A stretch of DNA of 63,766 bases, filler included, from Hyphochytrium catenoides (Eukaryota; Protista; Hyphochytriomycota): the NCBI GenBank assembly GCA_900088475.1. It is 9 parts of 9 records of this genome, joined end to end, with 100 filler letters (N's around TTAATTAATTAA, not from the genome) between each part and the next. Parts side by side here need not be neighbours in the genome. Positions count along the whole stretch, not along the records: positions 23,742 to 31,470 come from FLMG01000197.1; positions 31,571 to 44,801 come from FLMG01000143.1; 7 more parts are not named here. One strand, 5' to 3'. Below are positions 25,035 to 37,037 of this stretch, in pieces. Made by a program: the position numbers and the translations under genes. The notes under the pieces were generated by a model. The model did not search any database. It saw only the letters and a list, made by a program, of their open reading frames with translations, and was not told where the DNA came from. The stretch's first letter is position 1. Every line of letters starts with the position of its first letter.

Positions 25035-26441
25035 TTAGTCAGAATCACTGCTGCTATCACGTCCATCCTTCACCAGCTTCTTTACTCCTTTGAAGAGTTT
25101 CTTCGCTGTCTTCGCGTCGAATTGTCCATTGGTAAAGTTATGGAAAGGATCAGAGCTCTTCCCGTGCTTGTCCTTCTTCTTCCCATCTTTACCATGCTTG
25201 TCCTTGACGGGCTTGCCCCCGACGGCCACCCCTGGGACGCCAGGCATCATCATTCCACCATGAACTGCATGTGCCTGATGAGCAGGATAGCCTGGGACGG
25301 GCTGGTGGGCTGGATAGTGTCCGTTAGCACCTGCATGGCCGGCGCCTGGAGCACCAGGATAGCTGTTGGCTCCTTGAGGATAACCTTGTCCTGCCTGAGG
25401 ATAGCCGCCTGGCGCTTGAGGATAGCCACCAGCACCCTGAGGATATGCTTGGCCTGCCTGAGGATAGCCGACTGGAGCCTGCGGATAGCCCGATGTCGCC
25501 TGATATTGCTGTTGAGGAGGATATCCTGCTGGTGCCTGTCCATAAGAAGCGCCCGGATAACCTGGNNNNNNNNNNNNNNNNNNNNNNNNNNNNNNNNNNN
25601 NNNNNNNNNNNNNNNNNNNNNNNNNNNNNNGCGGAAGGAGAAGGATAGAAGCCATTCATCCCCTTATCTTGCGGCTGCTGGGGCACGGAGGGAGGAAGAG
25701 TACCTGTCTGCCCTGCCATCATAGGCGCTGCGCCTGCCGCGTTGGGTGCCGGTGGAGAGTTAAATGGCTGGAATTGCAAGCGGAGATGAACCTGTCCGGC
25801 GGGCTTGCCGCTATTTTGCAAAGGAAACCAAGCATCGACCGGCTGACCAGTGCCGAAGCCTCCCAAGGATAGCATCGTTTGACCTATAATAACGCTGGAG
25901 GAAGCCCGAAAGAGAGAAGAGAGAGAAAGAGAGAAAGAAGAGGGAAGGTTGCTCGGTAAGTGTATGTCAAAATATTCTCCTCTAGAAGAAAATGAAAGCT
26001 AAGGATAAAGCCTGAAAAGATTTGATTCACTTCCTATGAAGGTAAACGTCAACTAAGAGAAAGAGATAGGAGAGAAAGATCCAACCGAGACCAAAGGAGG
26101 GAGAGAGAGACCGAAAGGAGAGATGGGAGAAGAAAAGGAGGGAGAGAAAGACATGCTTTGCCACAGTGGAAGAGACAAAGAGACAGTCTGCTAACTCACT
26201 CTTTCATGTTGTTATCATTCCAGACTTCGACCAGGATGGCCTCATTCTTGATATCACGCACTTGGAAGGTGAAACTCTCGTGCCAGACGGGCTTCTTCCC
26301 TCCGTTGTCATCCGTCTTTGTCTGGAAGATCCGTCCTGAGAGGTTTATTCTGCAGAACGGATCCTGAGTGCCTAACATCTGCGTGTTGAGCAGGTCCTTG
26401 CATTCTATTGCGGTCACGTGGAGTTGTCCCGATGCGGCCAT
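25035..26441 (-). CDS. C2-domain protein with Gly/Tyr/Pro/Gln (GYPQ) repeat tail
   Basis: Exon 1 26441-26200 ([24 protein letters not shown]-like [26 protein letters not shown]) splices in phase to exon 2 from 25894 ([26 protein letters not shown]). Heptad GYPQA repeats follow an internal N gap (25566-25630), which explains the apparent frame change. Confidence 0.88.
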
Positions 26442-26903
26442 CTTTGTGGAAGAAGAGAGAAGAGAGACTTTGTTTCAAAAGGGCTTTCTCTTCTTCTCTT
26501 CCTCTCTACGTAGATTTTTTTCTGAGAAGCTGAACTAGTTTGATCTTGGACTGGCGCTTGGGTTGCTGACTGATGAGAAAGTGGTAAAGTGATGGGATAA
26601 TAGTGGCCCAGAGCTTTATAAAGTAAAAAGGGACCATTTCTCTCTCTCCCTGTCCCCTTCGCTCTTCCTCTTCTCTTCTCTCTCTCTGTAAGTCACACCG
26701 TCGTTCAACAACGTTCCTCTCCCACCGTTTCCCTCTGTCTCTTTCTGTGCCAGTTGAGCTTCATTCCTGCTGTAAGGCCAACCACTTGTACTGGCTGTGC
26801 CGTGTAAAGGAGTAGGATTCTTTTCTTCGTCATACCTTCTTTCTATGTGTTCTACTTCCCCCGTCTTTCGCCCCTTGTAGCCTCCTCCCTCTCTTCCAAC
26901 TCC

Positions 26904-26955
<52 letters not shown>

Positions 26956-26997
26956 TCTCTTTCTCTCCCTCTCTTTCTTTTTTATCTCTCTCTCTCG

Positions 26998-27028
<31 letters not shown>

Positions 27029-29412
27029 GCTCTCTCTCTTCTTTCGAGCTTTTTTGCCTCTTTTCCATTCTCTCTCCTTTCTTGTTTTGAAACGTTCGAT
27101 CGCACTTTTCGTCCCTCTACCTCCCAGTCCTGCCCTCTCTCGCTCCCTCTTTTCTGTATCTGTGTTGGTCGTTCTTTCACTCTGTCTCTCTAGATCCTCT
27201 TCCTCTGTCTAGCGGAGCATGTTGAAGAGACCAGGCTACCCTGTGGGTACAGAGACACAACCCCAACCAACCCAAAGCCAAAAAGTCTAACATTTATAAC
27301 AACCAGAATGTGTGTAGACCGCGTAGTATAATCGTGTAGCCGATCCTAAATGCTGTATTCTAAACCAATCAATCACAAGTATGTTTCTATTGGATAGTTT
27401 AACAGCCAATAGAAGGCGGTTAGTAGGCGCTAACGGAATTATTGGGCTCCATGATTGGCTGAAATCTTATGGTGCTTCCTGAGATTTTACTGGCTCCGTC
27501 CATCACACACTGGGCGATAAACCTCTATAAGCCTAAGAAATAGCCAACGATTTTTCAATAAGAGACATTCTCAGGTACACACTCAACTTTCTTGAAAAGG
27601 CCTACGATAAATCCCCTATTATGTAGTACAGTTGCTTGTTGATTGCCTACAAAAAAGTAATTACTTCCACAAACTGAAGCATCCAATACGACAGAAATAG
27701 GAAAGGAAGGTGTTTACTTTAGATAGGCGAGTCATTGGGGCTGAATCCACATCCTTGCCCACAATGGAGGGGGGCACAATGAGAGAGAGATTCAAGACGA
27801 TCAAAAGAGGAAGGTACAGGTTTGAAGAGAAAAAGAGAGTGAGAGAGAGAGGCACAGAGAGACAGAACAGAGAGAGAGAAGAGAGACAGAGAGAGGTATA
27901 GAGAGAAAGTGACTAGATAAAGAGGGCAGAGATAAAGAGAGACAGAGAGAAAGGAGAAGAGAGTTGAGCGAACGAAGAGAAGAGAGGGATGATGATGGAG
28001 AGAGACATGAAGGGGTGAGATGGGTGAACAACAAGAGGGAGGGTAGACAATGCTCCAGAGAGCCAACTAGAGAGTGAGAGAGAAAATGGTGTAGCACTCT
28101 CTCTCGCTTCATTAGAGATTGAAGGACAGTGTAGTCTTGGAAAGAGAAATAATTACAAAGTACTCAGTCCATCCCTGTTGTTGTCTGCCTCTCTTTCTGA
28201 AGCTCAACACCCCGATGTGGACCAGCACGATGAGTGACTGTCATCAGTAGAAGGGAGAGAAGAAGAGAAAATAATGTTGGTGGTGAGAAAAACGATGGAG
28301 GAAAGGAAGCCGTGAAGAGAAAAAAAAGGGGAAAGTGCCATCCAATCTGTTTCGCGCGCTTTCTTCTCCATTTGCTGCTGTAATCTATATTGATGACCAC
28401 CAACATCGTGAGGTAAAAAGTTCCGCACTACTGATTGAGACGGAGTCAGCACAATTGCAAAAAGCCATTCTCATGCCTGTTCTACTGCTATCACGGAGAA
28501 GCCTGGTAGATTGAGCACTTATCGAGAAGAGGCATGAGGACAGCCGTTTTTTCTTTCAGATTGATCAACAATTCATTCAAACACCGAACGAGATTCATTT
28601 CGGCAGCTGAGGAGTCAATCGAGAATCGACACATTCCTTTCCAAATCAATCAGGAGGCGGCCAGTTTTCGCTTCGTAGGATTTGTTGACGGTTCTAATTC
28701 AGCAGCACTGGTTGCCTGCCTTCTCTTCTTCCACCCGCACCTTTCAGGTTGCTGTAACTCAGAGTCCCGCTATAGCTAGTAGTGGTGGGTCCTTCTTTAA
28801 TTACTTTAGACAAGAAGAGGAGTCCACCGCTAATCACCTGGCTCATTTCCAATTTTGCCTTTTCGAAACAACGCCGCAAGCACAAGACAAAAACTGTCCG
28901 CACTGCTTTGCATTATGAAGACTCAATAACGCAAGCGCAAGACAACAAATATTGTCCGCACTTTGCATTACGAAGACTCAGGATGGCGGCGGAGGAATCT
29001 TCCAAAATACTCCGACGGTGCCGAAAAGAACGGATTATAATGTCACAAACTGCAGGGGAACGGTCTCTTCGGCGATGACGTCGTCCCTCGCGGTCCGCAA
29101 CGCGGCGGACCTTATTAAAGGACTTAGTGAAGGACCTGAACACGTTCTTTCGGCGGCATCTGGTAAGCAGACGCCTTAAAAGTCAGAGGCAACTCCTAGT
29201 AGCGGGTCTACCACCCCTTGACTATTATCTGCGTTTTAGTATACAGTGAAGCTGCTCACACCAAAACTTATCTCGTTTACACCACTCTTTTATAGGGAAC
29301 GGCGAAACATATATACAGTGAGAGCAGGTCCTAATTAAAGATGGCCTGGAAACAAACCTATTTCCCATTCCTGCTAGAGAGAATGATCTCTGGCCTGACC
29401 AGATGATTGAGC

Positions 29413-29705
29413 TCCATAGGACTCGCTTGATGGTAGAGGTCGAGACTAGTAGAGGGGCGTGCATCTCCAACGCCTATGGCGGTCTAGGGGAGGTGTTAAA
29501 CTTGTACCTCCTCTGGTACTTAAACAAGGAGGAGAAGGCCGTGATTGTGCTGATCAAGTGGGGAGATCCTCATCGGTACCACCGATGATGATGATGGATC
29601 TTCAGGTACAGCTGATAATATAAATTTATCACCTCCCCTAGACCGCCACAGGCGTCGGAGATCCACGCCACTCTAGTCTCCACCTCTACCATTTGAGTTT
29701 TGGAT
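29413..29705. repeat. Imperfect inverted repeat (foldback), core arms ~29430-29505 and ~29620-29692
   Basis: ATGGTAGAGGTCGAGACTAG...GGCGGTCTAGGGGAGGTG is reverse-complemented downstream. ORFs 29403(+) and 29570(-) give near-identical peptides. Confidence 0.9.
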
Positions 29706-32700
29706 TGAAGAAGCAGCAGGTTCTTCCATTGTCTTCCACCCGCCACGTAGGAAGAAAAAGGCCCGCCCATCGCTGTCGGCATTTATGGTAAGTATTGACG
29801 ATCATTGGTTTGGTCTCGTTACCATTCTTTGATCGCCATCATATACGTCTATATAACCCTTGGCCTCTCATCGTCGTCTCTTTTCTATTCAACACCACCT
29901 ATTCGCTTTGGTACTTGCTCACTGCCTGGTCCACGTTTCTGTTTGTAGTGCTCAAATGAAGACTAAAGCGATAATAGTTGTTGTCTTCCTCCTCTTCGGC
30001 GCCTATCCCCTGTTCGCCCCTCTAATTTCTTTCTCCTCCATAAAACGCAAGTGGATTGATCCTTTTCCGGACCGCCTTGGAGTCAGAGGAAAATGGCCTG
30101 CCTTTGACATAATTCAGAAATTTGTGAAAAGTTGTATGGACGATAAGGCCGTCGTAACAGCAGCCTGCAAGACAGCTGGACACCAACTTCCTTAAGGCTC
30201 TGAACGTATAATCTGCTTCTTGTTGCCGATCTCTTTATGACTCTATCTCATTACTACTTAGTGTGTTGAGTTACTCTTACTACGTTGCTTGATCATTTTT
30301 TTATATCCTGAATAATGGGCTCTCTCTACGCCTCTCAACACCGCTTTGTGAGTTGGCTAGCCATCATCATCAGTATGCCTTTGTCGGATACTCTTTTAAA
30401 CGCAATTATCTTCCACCACCTTTTGGATTGTCGGATGTATAAAACGTCTCATTGCTCTCTTTATTTCCCCTTAAGGTACTCAGAGGCTGTTCTTCGAGCG
30501 TCAAATGGGGTATATCCGTGTTGTCGCTCTTGCGCATCATCACATAAGCCCCCCCCCACTTCACCATCTCTCCTCTTTCCAAAAAGTATATCCGCAGAGG
30601 TGTTTTGAAAAATGAACTGCCTACTAGCCACAAGATTTTCGTGAGGAGGCGGCGTTTTACAGCCTGGCAGACGCCTTTGCCAGAATAAACGCTATTGAGC
30701 CGAGTCCTCTAATGAAGGAGCGATCCAGCAGAGACGTGGTCAGGCTGACACATTCTCTCTGAGGAGGGCATCCCAACAACAGGAGAATTGATGCCCAACC
30801 CGTTGGAAAGGTATTAGGGGTGTTACATCGCAAGCTGTGATTCATTGGACACAAGGCTAAGTTTCGATCTCCTGACCTTTTGTTTCTCTCGCCAACTCGT
30901 TCTCGAAAGGGTAGGAAGGTAGGGAAGGAGGAGGCGTGAAGGACTTGAGAAGACAAGACAACTATGCCGAAGAGAGACGAAGAAAAAGAGAGAGAGAGAG
31001 AGCAAGAGGGACAACATAGAATGCGTCTACCAACACACAACAAATCGAGACAAAGAATATTTTTATCTGACATCTCGGAGGCCCCTCAACTTCTGAAGAA
31101 GAAAAGGCAAACATCGATGTGTTAGAGGTTGAAGCTCCCCATGCTCGCTCAGGGCGAGCTGCCCTTCAGCCTACTCTCGCATATGAGATAGGGAAAAGGA
31201 TGGGCCAACTCTCTTTCTCTCCGTTCCTTGTTTTTTCTCTTTTTCCTCTCTCTCTCTCTCTCTTTTCTCTTCTCTCTCTTCTTGTACTCTTTCTCTCCCT
31301 CTTTCTCCGTCTCCTCCCACTTCTCTCTCATTATTGTCTCTTCCTCTCTGATCTTCTGGCTCCCCAACCTTCTTGCATGACAAGAGAGTTTTCCTTCCTC
31401 TTTGTTCCCTTCTTTTCCTTCTTTCCTTTACTCTTTCTTCTTCCCTTCCTGTCTCCAAGAGGCTGAGGCGNNNNNNNNNNNNNNNNNNNNNNNNNNNNNN
31501 NNNNNNNNNNNNNNTTAATTAATTAANNNNNNNNNNNNNNNNNNNNNNNNNNNNNNNNNNNNNNNNNNNNTTCGGAACCTTTGGATCTTGGGCGGGAAGA
31601 CCTACATGAGCCAGGAGGAACGAAATGTGACTGTCCAACCTTCTCCTGTCCTTACAACCACTCTTAAATACATTCCTGGGTTTCCAATATATTTCCATAG
31701 AAGTGTGAGTGAATGTCTTAGCAAAGGGCATTTATTTATATATTCACCCATTTACAATCACTCATTTGACAATCACTCATCCAGGTTTAAGCAATGAAAA
31801 GAGTGCTTGTTGAGAAGGGAGAGTGCTGGTGTAATGGTGAGTGATGGTCTGTTGATTGATGTTTGTTCCCTTCGTTGTTGAAGTGATGTTCCATTCGGAA
31901 CTTATCACAATTGGCAATAGCTTATTCTTAATTAATTGCACAGTGTTCCCTATAATTTGAAATCACATTCTCTGCGAGCTAGCACTGACCCTGTTCCTCG
32001 CTGTGATTGGCTGGTGCCTGGCTGGTGTTGGACAGAAAGCAGTCAAGAGGAATGGGTGGGCAAGCCTGAGGGGTGCCTCGCCTATAACACTATATAGCCC
32101 ATTACGAAAGGGTGGGTGGGCTGGAAAGTTCTGAGTGGTCATTTGCTGGAGGCTTCTGATTGGCTGTAAGATGTTAGATCTTCCTCTGAAGTCATTTTCC
32201 CCTTGGTATTCTCTAGGTCAAGGCGCTGAACGCACCAGAATAGATAACGCCTATCATTATGTATGGTATGCCAAATCGGCGCCGAGGATCGAACTCCAAG
32301 GAAGAGTCAGCACATTTTTACCCGCTCGCTACCTGGAAGACAGACTAAAGAAGTCTGATTGTAAACCACCGACGCAAAATGTGGGAGTGTGGTGAGGGAA
32401 GCAGTGAGGTGCCTACATTTTGTTAGGCAACCTGTCTCTTGGACCGGTGTCGAAGCTTCGAAAACCTTCTATCCAACTGGTCCCATGTAGCAGGCCACTC
32501 ACATCAGTCCCTCAACAATCACTCCTCGTCTTTTGTCTCCAATCCTCTCTCTACATGGGACACCCTGACCAACGAACTTCTAGAATGTTCATGGGGAGGT
32601 GACCGACAAGCGCTCGTACCTTCTGCATATAAGGGACGCTCTCCAGTCGCAAGAGTTTTCTTTCCTCCCCTGAAGAAAGCAAAACACAGAGAGGCAGGAG

Positions 32701-33148
32701 GGAAGAGAGGAGAGAGGGGAAGGGAACTCCTGTCATTTTCTGTTATTCTCTCGCCTGGAACCTCTCTGACCTTCGGTCCACGTGCCGCCCGCGGCTGGCG
32801 CCGGGCAGTGCTGTCAGACTGACAGACTGACAACACAGCTGGGAAGACGGAAGGACAAAGAGAGACTCCACTCTGTTTCTTCATCATTCGGTGATTCTCC
32901 AAGCATTCGAGTGATATCACCGCGACAGGATTGAAGAGAGGGGATACGTCACTCAAGCTTGTTGAGAGTAAGACAAAGATAAAAGAAAAAAAGCGGAGCG
33001 CTTTTTAACGTCGAACTGAACGGTCATAAGTTGATTTGCTAGTTGAAGCGAAAGTCAAGCGGCGCTGAAGTGTGACCATTTGCTGAGAGCGAGACTGCAG
33101 ATAGGCGTCGAAACATTAGTGGTGGAAGGACCTAACGATCTAGCAAGT

Positions 33149-34066
33149 ATGTTACGTACAACCGAGAGCTCCCAGCACCTCGGTGTACAAGAACCAAAGA
33201 AGATGACAGGCAAGAAATGTATTCTTTGCCACGAGAAGCCCCGCAGACGGAAGGGCTTGTGTGGCCGCTGCGGCGGTCGAGAACGATGCACCTACCCAGG
33301 ATGCACAAGGCAAGCGAGGGGTAGAGAGAAGCTCTGCCAGCGTCACAGCCCCAACAAACCTCTTTGCAGAGGGCCCGGCTGTCATAAGACTCCTCAAGTA
33401 AAAGGCCTAATGTGTCGAGAGTGCGCCGGTGTAAAATACCCACCTAGAAAGAGGTCAAGAGCAGCTACCAAGAAACCCTCAAACGACATCGCGCCATCCA
33501 TCCCACCACCCGCTGCACCAGTCAAGAATGAGAACGTCGCGCCGGCAGCGGCAAACCAGCCACTGTCACCACCACATGTCGTGGTGAAGCAAGAGCCGGG
33601 ACAAGTGGAATATTCAAGTAAGGGAACGAGTACGGTCCTCTCTCAGCCCCAGCTGAAGAGAAAGTTTTCTGAGTTTGATGGAGACTCCCAACTTTTCCGA
33701 GATCTGGACGCAGCTGGTCTTCTCGATGACCTTCCAAGCTCGCCGGAGGCAGAAGCACAGGATGAACGAGACATCTTTGGCTATCGAGGTGACGGCATCA
33801 ACTCGGTAATAGACTCCAACGACCTTTTACAGCCATACTCTTTTTCTGAAGTGGAAGGTGATCTCTTAGGCAAGGACTTGGGGTTAGGTGGGAAGGAGGA
33901 CTTGCTGGTCGCCAACGCGATCAACGATGTCGGATTGACATTCGATGAGTTTACTAAACTCGTCTCAGACGGCGAGAAGCCAGAGCTGGGAGGTCCACAC
34001 ATGGACAAGAAGCTGGGAGGTGACCCTTCGGACCTACTGCATGAGCTGAGCATGTGCTATTACTAA
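33149..34066 (+). CDS. WRKY19-like (C-x4-C...C-x2-H) zinc-finger repeat protein, probable transcription regulator
   Basis: Repeats GLCGRCGGRERCTYPGCTRQARGREKLCQRH and LCRGPGCHKTPQVKGLMCREC, a basic NLS-like PPRKRSR, and an acidic activation-like C-terminus. First in-frame ATG is at 33149. Confidence 0.75.
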   Translation: MLRTTESSQHLGVQEPKKMTGKKCILCHEKPRRRKGLCGRCGGRERCTYPGCTRQARGREKLCQRHSPNKPLCRGPGCHKTPQVKGLMCRECAGVKYPPRKRSRAATKKPSNDIAPSIPPPAAPVKNENVAPAAANQPLSPPHVVVKQEPGQVEYSSKGTSTVLSQPQLKRKFSEFDGDSQLFRDLDAAGLLDDLPSSPEAEAQDERDIFGYRGDGINSVIDSNDLLQPYSFSEVEGDLLGKDLGLGGKEDLLVANAINDVGLTFDEFTKLVSDGEKPELGGPHMDKKLGGDPSDLLHELSMCYY

Positions 34067-34773
34067 GTGTGCTACGCGCTGAAGAGCCTGGTGGCGAAGC
34101 GACTGCCAGGGCTGATATTTATTCTCTAGTCCACCCACCTATAAGTGGGAACTCTACATCTATTTATTGTTGACCAACCAGCCCATAGATGCGTAGGTGT
34201 GGCTCTGCCTCGTGGCTTTACGGTCTTTCCCGTTAGTTTATTACTTAGACACTGCAAGTTCGGCCTTGCAACTCAAATACCCTTTAGATAGCCTATACTA
34301 AAGTCATAGATATATGTCATAAAATGTCGTCGTCCATTGAACCGGTCACATCTTGCCTACTGCTCGCTTTACTGTTTGACTGACTGATCCCCTCAACGAC
34401 CACCTTCCTTTTCTTGTGTTGCCTTCGGCTTTACGCTGCCGATTGTGTTCTGTGGCTTAAGCTGCGGACCATCTAGATCCTTCTCCTCTGCCTCCTGCTT
34501 CAATTTGCAAATCAACCTTGCAAATCATCCACTTCCTCCGTCGAAGCATCCGGTGACTTTTCTATGTGCTGTTTCTTGACGTGGAGAGAAAAGCTTTAAC
34601 AAGGCAAGTCCGCTTCGTTCGAGCGCCGCCCTCTCAAGGTGCCATGTGAGAAGGCGTGTCTCATCTCATATGTTAGGGTCCATCCGTCACAGACTTCTTA
34701 ATAGATCATCCCTCGCCAGAAAGATTGAGCTCGGCGAGCGGAAAGGCTGAAATTTGATGCGCTCAAGGTAACA

Positions 34774-34872
34774 TCGGTGTGCTGATAGAGCTGTATGATA
34801 ATGGAGTCGGTGTGCCCATAGAGCTGTATGATAGTGGAGTCGGTGTGCCCATTGAGCTGTATGTTAATGGAG
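34774..34872. repeat. 33-bp tandem repeat x3
   Basis: TCGGTGTGCCCATAGAGCTGTATGATAGTGGAG with minor variants, no spacers. Confidence 0.9.
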
Positions 34873-35324
34873 TGGCACTCGGATAAGAACGGGCTTTCTC
34901 CTGCAGATTAATCTTGATCTGTCGCCGTTGCTGCACTCAACATCAAAACCATGGAAGCACGGTGACAGCGAAGCCGCAGAACGACAGTCGGCTCGCCCGG
35001 GTTTAGGCGTTTTCTAAGAAAACTTCTGATGCTAGCACGATAGGTTCCCTAATAGCAGACCTTCCAGACGGTGCTTATGACCTCCCGGGCGGTAAGCTAT
35101 TAAGAGAACCTGGCCGAGAAGATGTAACCCTCCCTATTTCCATGTCCTTTCTGACCTTCATTCAACGGTCAACAAAGCTAACCTGCTAGCTTTTGGCCTG
35201 TCTTCATGGGCGTTCAATGGTTAACTTGAAGCGTTGTACATCGCCGATTTGAGTCAGCTCTCAACGCCCTTGAAACTCGTGTTAGCAGTCAGCCGAAAAC
35301 GCGCGTGAAGAGTCGAAGTCAAGA

Positions 35325-35383
35325 GAGTAGCTGACGCAAGGGACTCGAACTCAGAGTAGCTGACGCAAGGAACTCGAACTCAG
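35325..35383. repeat. 29-bp tandem repeat x2
   Basis: GAGTAGCTGACGCAAGG(G/A)ACTCGAACTCA duplicated. Confidence 0.9.
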
Positions 35384-37037
35384 GTCGCGGCGCCTGCCTG
35401 CCGTGCGATGGAGAACAATGATCAATGATGATGAGGCCACGCTGATGATGTCTCTTCTTATATCATAAGACCAATGGGGCGGGTGGGCTTTATTCCATTA
35501 CCACCGAATGGCTCCCGTGGGTGGTGGGGTTTTGCATCTCCGTTGTAGCCTTCATCCCATCAGCAGCAGCCCCCGCCTGTCCATCAGAACCATCGCCGCA
35601 ATGGATCACTCGAGGGCTATAAGAGCAGCAGCATCGTAGGAGGTAGAAGACAGAAGCCTCCTCCCTTCTTCATCGCTGTTATTGGAGCACGAGCAGCGGA
35701 CGGAGTGAGCTTGGAACTTCCCAGCTCCCAGGAGCGGCAGACGCCATTCGTCCTAATGAGGCTCCTAGTAAGAAGAAAAGGGCCTAGTAAGAAGTAGAAC
35801 ATCGTTTGCAGAGCGCTCGTGGCTCACAGATGGAATGGGGAAGCAGGAGGGAAAATTGGACATGGTAACGGATAATATCCAGTAGGGTGCACCAACAGGC
35901 GAGTTCTCTATCCGTTGTTCTTTTACTGCTCCTCCTCCTAGGATGTAGAATGGTTCATGAGAAGCTTTTATAAAGACTGTGCTCTCTATGAAGGCTGTTT
36001 GATAACAGTACGACAGGTCATGTTGGCTCTAATCTCAACCTCAGCTTGCTTTATGAAGACTGCCGATGTCTTCTTCTCTGGCTCATTCCCATTCCATTTC
36101 TCTATCCCAAGCAGGCAGGCTTGCCCCTTGTATAGATACTGCATGTCAGTCAGGCAGTTTGCGACGGAGAAGGGAGGACATCCTCGTCAAAAGTGATGTT
36201 AAATGTCTGGATGATGACACGTTGAAAGCCCCGCAGGGAGCCTTCAAGAATGTTCTAATGTCCGGGGAAGCACCATTGGGGACGTTGAAGTTCCCGAAGG
36301 TTATCGACTGCTGGATAATCAAACGTAGGGGAGATAGTAGGAGATAGTGAAGGTCGTCGGATCTTAATGGCGATCAAGATCTTCAAACTCCTCTCTCTAC
36401 TTTTACCACGGCTGAGAACCCGAGGCTCCCCCTTACTTTGGCCCTCTTCGTCATACGAAAACTTGAGCTGGCTCTCCCTCCGCCCCATCCTGTCGCCCTC
36501 CTCTCTATTATCTTTCAGTAGCATTACATAGCCATTGGAGCTATGTCGTAAGGTCGAAACTTTAAGAGCTCACCACAACCGCCGTGAGCGCAGAGCCTCC
36601 TCGCGGTCTAGTAGCTTGTGCTGATCAGGTGCAAAGGCTTTCCCTCGTGTACGATTGAATGGATAGCCTTCTTATATTATGAGGGACAAGCTAACAAATT
36701 ATTGGTGGTGCCGAGCTAGGAGCGCGAGGTGCCGATGGGTGGCGAAGGAATGGAAAGGAGAAGAAAGGAAGGAGTTCTTCTTTTGCCACCAGGATCGGTC
36801 TAACAATCATTCACGTCCAGCCGAGCACCAATTGTCCAAAGACGGCATCACTTCTTGGCACAGGGGTTGGCCGCATCATTCAGTCGAGAAAGGAAAAGCG
36901 TTTTCAGCCCCGTCAGATCATCACTTTCCCACTTTCCCTTGACAGCAAGGGGCTCAAGAACAATAGAACAGCGGAAGGTTCACTTGAGCTCAGCAAAAGC
37001 GAAGGCCTTAGATTACCAGGTCATCGTCTTGCGCAAA

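Larger units (their letters stand above)
1..28100. repeat. Pervasive (AG)n/(CT)n microsatellite in introns and intergenic DNA (also ~44.7-45.7, 48.9-51.9 and 62.0-62.2 kb)
   Basis: Directly visible; it produces the many SLSLSL/ERERER pseudo-ORFs. Confidence 0.98.

Noticed and set aside
25566-25630. Frameshift in the C2-domain gene
   Set aside because: Coincides with an N gap of estimated length.
27225-27285. Stem-loop TACCCTGTGGGTA plus (CCAA)n tail resembling a LINE/SINE 3' end
   Set aside because: Single copy in the window, with no body or TSD.
27380-27465. CCAAT/ATTGG boxes (also near 32.0-32.2 and 35.47 kb) as promoters
   Set aside because: Short motifs with no transcription-start evidence.
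34774-34872. CRISPR-like array
   Set aside because: Contiguous 33-bp tandem units without spacers; eukaryotic context, no cas genes.
35325-35383. tRNA/SINE suggested by B-box-like GAGTTCGAGTCCC on the minus strand (similar motif near 32290)
   Set aside because: No A box or cloverleaf could be built.
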